IMG/VR virus record: IMGVR_UViG_3300015050_000778
Location: 1-47,433 of that record
DNA: 47,433 nt
Origin: a virus
Taxonomy: Duplodnaviria; Caudoviricetes
Strand: one strand, 5' to 3'
Within the stretch, counting starts at the first letter, position 1; each line of letters opens with the position of its first letter. The notes below the pieces were generated by a model. The model made no database searches. It saw nothing but the letters and a program-made list of their open reading frames with translations, and had not been told where the DNA came from. Below, in pieces: positions 17,128 to 26,049 of this stretch. The position numbers and the translations under genes were made by a program.

Positions 17128-17285
17128 AAGGCGGCAAGCGAGAAGGCGCAGGAAGAAAGCCAAGCGCTGACCCGGCAAATCAGCCCGTGCTGCTGAAGCT
17201 CACCAAATCCGAAAAGGCCGCATGGGAGGCATTGGGCGCGACTCGATGGCTTCGGCCCTATCTGCGCAATCAATCCAAGGCTTGA
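17124..17285 (+). CDS. Small DNA-binding regulator (GGxRxGAGRK motif)
   Basis: MKGGKREGAGRKP...LLKLT...LGATRWLR. Confidence 0.7.
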   Translation: MKGGKREGAGRKPSADPANQPVLLKLTKSEKAAWEALGATRWLRPYLRNQSKA

Positions 17286-17329
17286 CAAAATCACAATCTG
17301 CTACCATTGCCGCATTAAATAATGCAAAT

Positions 17330-18097
17330 ATGGCAATGAAAAAGGTTGGAATCGCTTTTGATAAAGCCTCTGTTCGTAGTGCGGACATGGGGAGTCATGT
17401 CACTGGCATTTATGCAATCACAGCTCCAAGCGGCTCCAAATACATTGGAAGCGCAGTCGATTTTGGGTTGCGGTGGAAGCAACATCTTTACCATCTTAGG
17501 GCCGGAAAGCATCACAACGCTCCTCTGCAAAAGGCATATGCAAAATATGGCGAAGCTGCATTGGTGTTTTCAAAGCTGCTGATTTGTAGCAAAGAAAACC
17601 TGCTTATGTATGAGCAGATTGTCATTGATGCGACAAGCCCAGAATACAATATTTGCCGAGTTGCAGGAAGCCAACTCGGGGTCAAGAAAAGCGCCGAAAC
17701 TCGGTTGAAAATGTCGGCATCGCAACTTAGACGGCCACCCAGGACCGCCGAGACAAAGGAAAAGATAAGACTCTCGAATCTTGGCAGGATTCAATCCGCA
17801 GAATCAAAAGAAAAAACAACGGCTTCATTGCTGGCTTATTGGTCTTCTCCTAGTGTTCGTGAAGAACACTGTCAAAGACAGCAAAAAGTTGCAGCAAACC
17901 CAGAAACTCGCGCAAAAATTTCAGCCGCCCTAAAAGGCAGAACGAAAAGCGAGGAAGTTCGGGCTAGGATGTCTGCCGCGAAAAAGGGGCGTCCATCCGA
18001 TAGGAAGGGTATTCCTCGCACCGAAGAAGCAAAGGCCAATATCTCGGCAGGACTAAAAGCATTCGCAGAGAGGAAGAGAAATGCGCAAGTACAATAG
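17330..18097 (+). mobile_element. Free-standing GIY-YIG homing endonuclease with NUMOD3-like repeats
   Basis: GIYAIT...YIGSA...RW..H..., EQ, YN; repeated S.ET..K(M/I)S motifs; lower GC than the flanks. Confidence 0.9.
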
Positions 18098-19376
18098 CTT
18101 GGCATTTGATCGATCTAGCGTCCGCACGTTCGATGCCGATGGCCGGATGCACGTCGCCAAAACCCGGATCAGCAAAGCCAACGTCTGCGAGTATCTTGGC
18201 CGCGAGATTCCAGACCCAGACAATTCGCTCGGTCTTGACCCAAATAAACGGTACAAGCTATACCGTGATCCTGAAGCCTTAGCTAAGGGTGCGTCTACTT
18301 TTAACAACATCCAGTTGTTACATCGTCACATTCAGGTTAGCGCCGACGATCCGCAAAAGGACTCAACAGTCGGGAGTATCGGTAGCGATGTTGCCTTTGA
18401 GGCCCCATATTTGACGGCATCCTTGTGCGTTTGGGATTCCGCCGCGATTGCCATGATTGAAGACGAAAAGCTGGATGAATTATCATCCGCTTATCGATAT
18501 GTCCCGGTAATGGAGCCTGGTGTTTCCCCTGATGGTGAAGCATACGACGGGCGGATGACCGAGATTCAGGGCAACCATCTCGCGCTGTGTGAAGTCGGCA
18601 GGGCGGGATCAGATGTAGTAGTAGCCGACTCAAATCCATTTCCAAAGGAATCCATCGTGAAGAAAACCAAGCTGGGCATTGCCCTTATGGCCTCTCTCGC
18701 GGCGCTGTCCCCCAAAATCGCGCAGGATTCCAGCCTGCCGGGTTTGCTGGGCGGTGCTGTCAAGAAAACTTTCGACAAAAAAGCCGTGGTGGCAAAGCTG
18801 ATCGCCATGGATGAGGCGGTTGACCCTGACAAGGCCAGCGAAATCATCGACGCTGTGACCAATGTTGAGGAAAGCCCCGAGCCGCTTGAGGTCAAAAAGA
18901 CTCCAGCCCTCGAAGCTACGCCCGCCGTCAATCCGGCGCACGCCAAGATCATCGAATTCCTGACCTCCAAAGGCCTGGACGCTCCGTCGATTGAGATTGT
19001 CAAGGAAATGCTCACCGCTGCCGCTTCCCCTCTGGCCGCGCAAGACGATGACCTGGTGAAAAAGGAAGACGTTGACGCCAAGGTCGCCACCGCCATGGAC
19101 TCCATGCGCGTTGAGTTCCGCGCCCTCGAAGCCGCAAAGTCTGCCGTTCGCACCACCGTGGGCGATGTGATTGGCATGGATTCTGCCGAGCAGGTCTACC
19201 GTTTCGCCCTGGATCACATCAAGGTCGATCACAAAGACTTCCCCGCCGCTGGCCTGGGCCGACTGTTTGCCGTCGCATCTGACCGCAAGGCAGTCGCCGC
19301 CCCAGTGTCGCGCATCGCCAACGATGCAGCACTGGCCAAGCAGATCCCCGGTCTCGACCGTTTCCGTTCTATCTAA
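18081..19376 (+). CDS. Prohead protease/scaffold (DUF2213-like)
   Basis: ISKANVC.YLG.EIP, ELSSAY.Y, GNHLAL...GRAG. Confidence 0.88.
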   Translation: MRKYNSLAFDRSSVRTFDADGRMHVAKTRISKANVCEYLGREIPDPDNSLGLDPNKRYKLYRDPEALAKGASTFNNIQLLHRHIQVSADDPQKDSTVGSIGSDVAFEAPYLTASLCVWDSAAIAMIEDEKLDELSSAYRYVPVMEPGVSPDGEAYDGRMTEIQGNHLALCEVGRAGSDVVVADSNPFPKESIVKKTKLGIALMASLAALSPKIAQDSSLPGLLGGAVKKTFDKKAVVAKLIAMDEAVDPDKASEIIDAVTNVEESPEPLEVKKTPALEATPAVNPAHAKIIEFLTSKGLDAPSIEIVKEMLTAAASPLAAQDDDLVKKEDVDAKVATAMDSMRVEFRALEAAKSAVRTTVGDVIGMDSAEQVYRFALDHIKVDHKDFPAAGLGRLFAVASDRKAVAAPVSRIANDAALAKQIPGLDRFRSI

Positions 19377-19388
19377 GGAGAAGTCATC

Positions 19389-20114
19389 ATGACTCTTGGT
19401 TTCCAACAAACTGTGAATCTGCAACAAGCTGCGGCTGTTGCCGGTGACTTCGCCTCGGCCAACCCCCGAGCTTCCGTTGTGTCGCACGAGGCTACTTTGG
19501 TGGCTGGCGCTGCTGGCGTGACCGTGGCCCGCTTCGCGTGGGCTACTCTGGCCGGCCTGGTGTCTAACAGCATCGTAGGCGCAACGACCAACAAGCCAAC
19601 CGGTTTCGTGCATCGCCGCCAAGGTGCCGCGCTCATCACCGCCTATCTGGGCGAAGTGTCGAGCCTGATCCCGACTGGCTTTGAAGTCACGCTGATGGCG
19701 ACCGGTGATTACTGGATTGCATCCTCGACCACTGCGGTCATCGGTCAAAAGGTGTTCGCCAATACCGGCGACGGCACGATTGCCACCGCTGCGGCTGGTG
19801 CGACCATTGCCGGTTTTGTCGGTACTGCCAGCTTTGCTACCAGCGTCATGACCGTGACTGTTGCCACCTCTGGCACCGTCAAGGTCGGCGACCTGGTGAC
19901 CTCTGCGGGCGTTGCTGCTGGCACCTATGTGACCAGCTTCGGCACCGGCACTGGTGGCGTGGGCACCTACAACCTGTCCACCGCCCCCGGCACCATTGCC
20001 GCCCAGGCGGTCACGACCACCAGCTACATCGAGACTGACTTCACCATCTCCGGCTTCCCTGTCGGCGGCACTGGTGCTATCGGTGAGCTGTCCGTCATGT
20101 CCCGCGTTCAATAA
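19389..20114 (+). CDS. Head decoration/cement protein
   Basis: GFQQTVN...AVAGDFASANPR; lies between protease and capsid. Confidence 0.75.
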   Translation: MTLGFQQTVNLQQAAAVAGDFASANPRASVVSHEATLVAGAAGVTVARFAWATLAGLVSNSIVGATTNKPTGFVHRRQGAALITAYLGEVSSLIPTGFEVTLMATGDYWIASSTTAVIGQKVFANTGDGTIATAAAGATIAGFVGTASFATSVMTVTVATSGTVKVGDLVTSAGVAAGTYVTSFGTGTGGVGTYNLSTAPGTIAAQAVTTTSYIETDFTISGFPVGGTGAIGELSVMSRVQ

Positions 20115-20130
20115 AAGGAGCACTTAAATC

Positions 20131-21210
20131 ATGAACCCCACTCTCCAAGCGCTCTTTGAACGCGCCGGCATCGCCTTCGATGGCTTCAATGCCCAAATGC
20201 TGCCCGAGGGCCGAACCTACCGGGACCTGATCGGTATCGCGCAGGACGGCTCCTTGATGGCCATGGACGCCGCCTTCCCGCTGGTTACCACCGGCAATTC
20301 GGGCATCCCTGCGATGCTGTCCACCTACCTTGATCCCAAAATGATTGAGGTTCTGGTGGCACCAATGAAGGCTGCTGATGCGGCTGGTGGCGAAGTGAAG
20401 AAAGGCGACTGGACCACGCGAACCGCGATGTTCCCCGTGATCGAATCGACTGGTGAAGTGACCTCCTATGGGGATTACAACAACAGTGGTTCGTCCGGTG
20501 CCAACTTCCAGTTCCCACAACGCCAGTCGTATCACTACCAGACGATCACCCAATGGGGCGAGCGCGAGCTGGCCGATGCTGGCTTGGCAAAGGTCGATTG
20601 GGCTGCACGCCTGAACATCGCGTCTGCTCTGGCACTGAACAAGTACCAGAATAAGACGTACCTGTTCGGCGTGGCTGGTCTGCAGAACTACGGCATGCTG
20701 AACGATCCAAGCCTTTCTGCTGACGTGGTGCCAAACACCAAGGCTGCGACGGGCACGGCTTGGATTCTTCCCTCCGGCCAAATCAACGCGACCAATCTGG
20801 AAATCTTGCAGGACGTTCAAAAACTGTTCTTCACGATGCAGGCGCGTTTGAATGGCTTGATCGACGTGGACACCCCAATGACCATGATCATGTCGCCGCA
20901 AAGCAGCGTCGGCCTGACCGTGGCAAACGGCACGGTTACCACTGTGACGGCTTGGGATCTGATCCACAAGGCATTCCCGAACCTGGTGCTGAAGACTGTC
21001 CCTGAGTACGCTACCGGCGCAGGCCAGAAGCTGCAACTGGTCGTGGACGAAATCGAAGGTCAGCGCACATGGGATTGCGCCTTCACCGAGAAGATGCGCG
21101 CTCACCCGATCATCCTGGAGCTGTCGGCGTTCAAACAGAAAAAGTCTGCCGGTACGTGGGGAACAATTTTGTTCCGCCCAATCGGCGTGGGTAGCATGCT
21201 CGGAATTTGA
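20131..21210 (+). CDS. Major capsid protein (DUF2184-like)
   Basis: KKGDW, YGDY, QSYHYQT...WGE.E, G.QNYG.LNDP; strong RBS; terminator downstream. Confidence 0.9.
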   Translation: MNPTLQALFERAGIAFDGFNAQMLPEGRTYRDLIGIAQDGSLMAMDAAFPLVTTGNSGIPAMLSTYLDPKMIEVLVAPMKAADAAGGEVKKGDWTTRTAMFPVIESTGEVTSYGDYNNSGSSGANFQFPQRQSYHYQTITQWGERELADAGLAKVDWAARLNIASALALNKYQNKTYLFGVAGLQNYGMLNDPSLSADVVPNTKAATGTAWILPSGQINATNLEILQDVQKLFFTMQARLNGLIDVDTPMTMIMSPQSSVGLTVANGTVTTVTAWDLIHKAFPNLVLKTVPEYATGAGQKLQLVVDEIEGQRTWDCAFTEKMRAHPIILELSAFKQKKSAGTWGTILFRPIGVGSMLGI

Positions 21211-21236
21211 TAGCTCTCAGTTTTTGATGCAAAATC

Positions 21237-21270
21237 GGGGCATCCTTGCAATAGCGGGGGTGCCCTTTTT
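21237..21270 (+). terminator. Rho-independent terminator after the capsid gene
   Basis: GGGCATCCTTGC-AATA-GCGGGGGTGCCC followed by TTTTT. Confidence 0.8.
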
Positions 21271-21287
21271 ACCAAACAGGAGAGAAC

Positions 21288-21629
21288 ATGTCCACAGTGA
21301 CCATTGGTTGCCGCCTTCCGAGCGGCTTGATTATTGACCTCGGCGACAACAAGACGCCATCCGTCGAGTTGGCCGGCCAGCGTCAAGCCCAGGAACGCAG
21401 CAAGATCATCACCTTGAGCAATGAGGACTACGGCACGACCGAAGTTGACGCATCGTTCTGGGAGGCATTCAAGGCCCGCGTCGGCCCAGACTTCGCGCCC
21501 ATCAAGTCCGGTGCCGTCTTTGAGGCCAAGACCGAGAAAGAGGCCAAGGCCATCGCCAAAGACCTGAAGACCAAGAAGACCGGCCACGAGCCGCTTGAGC
21601 AGGAAATCGGCGAAATCAAGAAAGCCTAA
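21288..21629 (+). CDS. Virion-associated hypothetical protein
   Basis: V.IGC.LP.GL...YG.T.VD..FW..F motif; synteny. Confidence 0.75.
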   Translation: MSTVTIGCRLPSGLIIDLGDNKTPSVELAGQRQAQERSKIITLSNEDYGTTEVDASFWEAFKARVGPDFAPIKSGAVFEAKTEKEAKAIAKDLKTKKTGHEPLEQEIGEIKKA

Positions 21630-21631
21630 TC

Positions 21632-22045
21632 ATGGCCGTTGTGGTCTTCGACGCTACTCGTTTCAAAGCCGCTTATCCGGCGTTTGTTGCGGTAGCCGAC
21701 GCCTTTTTGCAGTCCTGTTTCGTGCAGGCGGGTTTCTACCTGTCGAATCGGGATTGCAGTCCAGTGCAGAACCTTGCAGACCGCGAGCAACTGCTTTGGA
21801 TGCTCACGGCGCACATCGCCTATTTGCAGGGGGCTTTGAACCCTGCTGGCGTGCCTGGTGGGCCGCAGCCTGTCGGGATGCTCTCCGGGGCTACCGAGGG
21901 TAGCGTGTCGGTGTCGTATAACTTTGGCCCGGTGACGAACCGGGAGGCTTGGTATATGACTTCACAATGGGGTGCGATGTTCTGGGCGGCGACCTCCTAC
22001 CTGCGCTCTTTCCGATATCGCCCAAGGCCAACCCTGATCACCTGA
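21632..22045 (+). CDS. Head-tail adaptor (DUF4054-like)
   Basis: F...YP.F, L..AH, SATEGSVSVS-like motif, W...QWG..FW. Confidence 0.85.
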   Translation: MAVVVFDATRFKAAYPAFVAVADAFLQSCFVQAGFYLSNRDCSPVQNLADREQLLWMLTAHIAYLQGALNPAGVPGGPQPVGMLSGATEGSVSVSYNFGPVTNREAWYMTSQWGAMFWAATSYLRSFRYRPRPTLIT

Positions 22046-22046
22046 T

Positions 22047-22574
22047 ATGTCAATCACAGGCGGCGACAAACTAGCAAAGGTACTCGCTGAAATCGGCGGG
22101 AGTGCTAACGGCCATGTCAATGCTGGGTTTCTGTCTGGGGCCACATACCCCGATGGCCAGTCTGTTGCCGCCGTCGCGTTCTGGAATGAATTTGGCCATG
22201 GTGGGACGTTCCCAGCGCCTCCAAGGCCCTTCATGCGCCCTGCTGTTGCAGATGACGCCAAGGCATGGGCTAAGACGCTTGCAGGCGCTTTAAAGCACAC
22301 CGACTACGACGGCCCTGCTGCATTGGCGATTGCTGGCGATGCCATGATTTCATCTATCCAAGAGCACATCAAGACGGTAGATGGGCCGGCCCTTTCTCAA
22401 ACCACCCTGCGCCTGCGCCAAATGTTCGGGAATCATCCGGAGGATATCCGGGCAAGCGACGTGCTCCAGGCCCAGCGTGACGTTGCCGAAGGTAAGCCAG
22501 TTTCCTCCAACACCAAACAGCTTAATTGGACGGGCCACATGTCTAGCAGCGTAGACATGGAGGTTAAGCCATGA
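22047..22574 (+). CDS. Neck/tail completion protein
   Basis: YPDG..VA.VA.WNEFG...PPRPFMR. Confidence 0.8.
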   Translation: MSITGGDKLAKVLAEIGGSANGHVNAGFLSGATYPDGQSVAAVAFWNEFGHGGTFPAPPRPFMRPAVADDAKAWAKTLAGALKHTDYDGPAALAIAGDAMISSIQEHIKTVDGPALSQTTLRLRQMFGNHPEDIRASDVLQAQRDVAEGKPVSSNTKQLNWTGHMSSSVDMEVKP

Positions 22575-22981
22575 TCAACCTGCGCGGCATCGCCAATGCG
22601 GCTATCCAGTCGATAAACCCGAATATCCCGGTATCGATCAGCGTGCCGAACGGTTACACGATTGACCCGGATACCTTGATTCAGATCCCGGCCTATACGA
22701 CGCTGGCGGCTTTTGGCAATGTACAGGCTCTTTCCAGTGATGACCTGAAACAGATCGACGGCTTGAACCAAGAGGGTATTCTCCGGGCTGTTTACCTCTA
22801 TGGCAACTTCAATGGTGTGTTGCGTCCTGACAATCAGCCAACCACGGTACTGACCTTCTCTACCAATGAATCCGGCGTGACCAAGGATAGGTCGTGGAAC
22901 GTCTTCAGGGTGTTTGAAGCCTGGCAGACGTGGTGTAAGGTGGGCGTGGTGCTGCAAACCGCTGACGAGGCCCTGCCATGA
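22571..22981 (+). CDS. Head closure/neck protein
   Basis: NLRGIAN.AI..INP, Q.LS..DL, V.E.W..W; synteny. Confidence 0.75.
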   Translation: MINLRGIANAAIQSINPNIPVSISVPNGYTIDPDTLIQIPAYTTLAAFGNVQALSSDDLKQIDGLNQEGILRAVYLYGNFNGVLRPDNQPTTVLTFSTNESGVTKDRSWNVFRVFEAWQTWCKVGVVLQTADEALP

Positions 22982-23499
22982 CCACGGTAGCCCAGACAAT
23001 CGCCTCAATTGGCACGTTTCTGCAGCCTTTGATGCCTGCTGGGACGAAAATCGTGCGGGGACAGTCGAATAATGTCCCCTCACCCTTGCCTCCGTCCATC
23101 GTTTTGACGCCTGTCGGGGACTACCAATACACGACCACTAGGTCTAAATTCATCCCTGACGCCATCCCGGCTAATGGGAAAATGTCGCATCTGATGCCTA
23201 AAAGACTGGCAATTCAGATGGATTTTTACGGTTATGTTGGTGGGGACATGTCGAATATCGCCATTACCGTCCTGCGCAGCATTGCCACTACCGGAGCCTT
23301 CCCTGCTGGGGTAACCCCCCTCTATTGCTCCGACGCCATCCAGGCCCCGCTGACCACCGGGGAGAAGCAATACGAGGAGCGTTGGAGTGCAACTTTGTCG
23401 CTGCAATACAATAGCCCTGTATTGATAAATCAAGATTCGTTTAACGTCGTCGGAGATGTGACGGTAGACCCGGTTAACGTGACCATCCCTGTGGAGTAA
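22978..23499 (+). CDS. Tail terminator/neck protein
   Basis: GQ.N.VP, Q.DFYG, PLY, QYE.RW...LQYN. Confidence 0.75.
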   Translation: MTTVAQTIASIGTFLQPLMPAGTKIVRGQSNNVPSPLPPSIVLTPVGDYQYTTTRSKFIPDAIPANGKMSHLMPKRLAIQMDFYGYVGGDMSNIAITVLRSIATTGAFPAGVTPLYCSDAIQAPLTTGEKQYEERWSATLSLQYNSPVLINQDSFNVVGDVTVDPVNVTIPVE

Positions 23500-23503
23500 A
23501 CCC

Positions 23504-24985
23504 ATGACCCAAGCAATCCCAGTATCACAAATCGTCACAGTCAATCCGGCTGTTGTCAGTGCGGGCGGTAACCCGCTTTCGCTCAATTCCGTCTTTCTGA
23601 TTCAGAGCACGCTGGTGCCGACTTCATCGCTGATGGAATTTCCAAGCCGCGATGATGTGGCGGACTACTTCGGCTCTGATGCACTGGAAACCCAATTGGC
23701 CGGAAACTACTTCAACGGCTACGACAATAGCACCAAGAAGCCCGGAACGCTGTTCTTTGCTGGGTACGCTGATGTGGTGCGTGCCGCCTTCATTCGCGGC
23801 CAATCTCTCGCAGGCATGACGCTGACCCAGCTCCAAGCAATCACCGGTACGCTGTCTTTCACCATTGACGGCTCGCTTGAGACTGGTACGGTCAATCTTG
23901 CCGCCGCATCCAGCTTCACGAATGCTGCCACGCTCATCACCACAGCTCTGGCAATGACGCCAGCCGCCGTGACGTGGGATGCCACACAATCGCGTTTCGT
24001 CTGCACTTCTGGCACGACTGGCGCAACGTCCACAATGACGTTCGGCTCTGGAACTGCCGCTGCTGCGCTGGGCTTCACTGCTGGCGTGCTATCCCAAGGT
24101 GCCGCAGTCGATACCCCCGCCTCTGCCATGGATCGCATCAAGCAGCAAGGCCAGAACTGGGCTGCGTTCATGACGCTGTGGGAGCCCGATATTGATGAAA
24201 AGGGCGACTTCGCCGAGTGGACGAACGACCAGAACAACCGCTACGCCTACATTGCGTGGGACTCTGACGAGGACTACACGGTGGCGAATAACGCCGCCGT
24301 ATTCGGCTCGATTGTCGATGTTCTGAACTATGAAGGAACGGCGGTCGTTTGGAACACCGTCGAGGTCGCCGCCTTCGTCTGCGGATTTATCGGATCTGTT
24401 GACTTCCAGGCCTTCAATGGTCGCGCCACCCCTGCATTCAAGGCGCAGTCTGGCCTTGCTACCACGGTTGACACCCTCCCGGATGCCACCGCCGTGCTGA
24501 GCAACAACGCCAGCTACTACGGTCTGTATCAGGCCCCGGGCCAGGGCAACATCTACAGCATCCTCTACGACGGGCGCATGAATGGCTCGAAGTTCCGATG
24601 GCTCGACACCTACATCAATCAGATTTATCTGAATGCCCAACTGCAACTGTCCATTTTCGTGGGCTTGCAGCAAGTCAACTCCGCGCCCTACAACAGCCAG
24701 GGCGATGCGCTGATTCGTGCATGGTGTACTGACCCGATCAATGAAGCTCTGAACAACGGCTCGATTCGTATTGGCGTGCCACTGAGCGCAAGCCAGAAAG
24801 CCACGATCATCTCGCAGGCTGGGCTGGATATTTCCACTCAGTTGCTGGGCCAGGGCTACTACCTGCAAATCCTGCCAGCTACCGCCCAAGTTCGTCAAGC
24901 CCGCCAGTCGCCACCAATCAAATTGTGGTACATGGATGGGGGAGCCGTGCAACAGATCACCCTCGCATCCATCGCCGTTCTGTAA
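23504..24985 (+). CDS. Tail sheath protein (DUF3383-like)
   Basis: IP.S.IV.V.P, YFNG, AFK.QSGL, W.D.Y.NQI, WY.DGG.VQ. Confidence 0.88.
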   Translation: MTQAIPVSQIVTVNPAVVSAGGNPLSLNSVFLIQSTLVPTSSLMEFPSRDDVADYFGSDALETQLAGNYFNGYDNSTKKPGTLFFAGYADVVRAAFIRGQSLAGMTLTQLQAITGTLSFTIDGSLETGTVNLAAASSFTNAATLITTALAMTPAAVTWDATQSRFVCTSGTTGATSTMTFGSGTAAAALGFTAGVLSQGAAVDTPASAMDRIKQQGQNWAAFMTLWEPDIDEKGDFAEWTNDQNNRYAYIAWDSDEDYTVANNAAVFGSIVDVLNYEGTAVVWNTVEVAAFVCGFIGSVDFQAFNGRATPAFKAQSGLATTVDTLPDATAVLSNNASYYGLYQAPGQGNIYSILYDGRMNGSKFRWLDTYINQIYLNAQLQLSIFVGLQQVNSAPYNSQGDALIRAWCTDPINEALNNGSIRIGVPLSASQKATIISQAGLDISTQLLGQGYYLQILPATAQVRQARQSPPIKLWYMDGGAVQQITLASIAVL

Positions 24986-24996
24986 GGAGCACATAA

Positions 24997-25437
24997 ATGG
25001 CCGAACGTACCATCACCGCCGCCGATGCCACATTTGTCATCAGCTCCGCAGATTTCGCACTGGCTGCGACCATCCTTGAGGGCTATGCGGCTGACGCTGC
25101 GTTTGCCACTGACAACGCTGATACGGCCGAAACGTCGCTTGGCGTTGACGGTAAGTTGTCCGCTGGCTGGGTGCCGCGCAGTTATAACCAGACCATCACG
25201 CTTCAGCCTGACAGCATCAGCCGAAGCGTATTTGACTTGCTGGTATCTGCCCAAGATGCCGCACGCACGGTATTTCGTCTCAATGGCGTGATCAACCTGC
25301 CTGGCAATCAATTCAGCTACAGCCTGAGCCGTGGCGTGCTGAAGAATTACACGTCCATGCCGAACGCGCAACGTGTTTTGCAGCCCATGACGTTTGTGAT
25401 TGAGTGGGAAAAGGTTCTGCCTGTTCCAATCGGCTAA
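24997..25437 (+). CDS. Tail tube protein
   Basis: Follows the sheath; GVDGKLSAG, TITLQPDS.S. Confidence 0.85.
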   Translation: MAERTITAADATFVISSADFALAATILEGYAADAAFATDNADTAETSLGVDGKLSAGWVPRSYNQTITLQPDSISRSVFDLLVSAQDAARTVFRLNGVINLPGNQFSYSLSRGVLKNYTSMPNAQRVLQPMTFVIEWEKVLPVPIG

Positions 25438-25447
25438 AGGAAATTAA

Positions 25448-25840
25448 ATGGCACGACGCACAACTATCGTCAAGATCGAGGACGAAAAGAGCCGCGACAA
25501 CGGGCGGGCATATCTCGTTACCGAAATGGACTCCGAGGCCGCTGAATGGTGGGCTATTAAGGTCTTGCTTGCTATCGGGGTGACCGATACCGACATTGAC
25601 TTTAATGCTCCTCTGGCCCAGATGGCTCGACAAGGTTTCGCCGGGATCTTCAAGATGGCACCCGAAAATGCAAAGCCAATCCTTGACGAAATGATGACCT
25701 GCGTGCGGGTAAAGCTCCCCTCCAGTTCCGAATCTCGCAGCATGTTGGCCGGAGACATTGAAGAAGTCAAAACCCGAATGCTTTTGAGAAAGGCCGTGCT
25801 TGAGCTGCACGTCGATTTTTTCGGAGATGGCGGCGAGTAG
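25448..25840 (+). CDS. Tail assembly chaperone (gpG-like)
   Basis: Between tube and tape measure; slippery T-TTT-TTC near the 3' end. Confidence 0.8.
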   Translation: MARRTTIVKIEDEKSRDNGRAYLVTEMDSEAAEWWAIKVLLAIGVTDTDIDFNAPLAQMARQGFAGIFKMAPENAKPILDEMMTCVRVKLPSSSESRSMLAGDIEEVKTRMLLRKAVLELHVDFFGDGGE

Positions 25841-26049
25841 ATTATGGGCTTAGGCCGCCGAGCAAGCATTCTGGAAAGCTGATTGCGTATACCAATACGC
25901 CGGGGATCATCGCAACGCTAGTCTCGGCCCGCTTGGCTACGCTGAATGAGCTGCAGACGGTGCTAGGCCCATATGACGCCTACCGGCTGCTAGAGATACA
26001 CATGATTGATCAGTACAACACGGGAGTACTCAATGGCAACGGTAATTGA
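25816..26049 (+). CDS. Tail assembly chaperone -1 frameshift extension (gpT-like)
   Basis: The -1 frame is open from the slippery site to TGA 26049: ...YTNTPGIIATLVSARLATLNELQTVLGPYDAYRLLEIHMIDQYN. Confidence 0.75.
   Translation, partial: FFRRWRRVDYGLRPPSKHSGKLIAYTNTPGIIATLVSARLATLNELQTVLGPYDAYRLLEIHMIDQYNTGVLNGNGN

Noticed and set aside
17330-18100. Group I intron in the protease gene
   Set aside because: No non-coding space for a ribozyme core, and the downstream protease has its own complete N-terminus.
18566-21105. Long antisense ORFs (18630..20123, 20095..21105, 18566..19177)
   Set aside because: Shadow frames of strongly codon-biased head genes.
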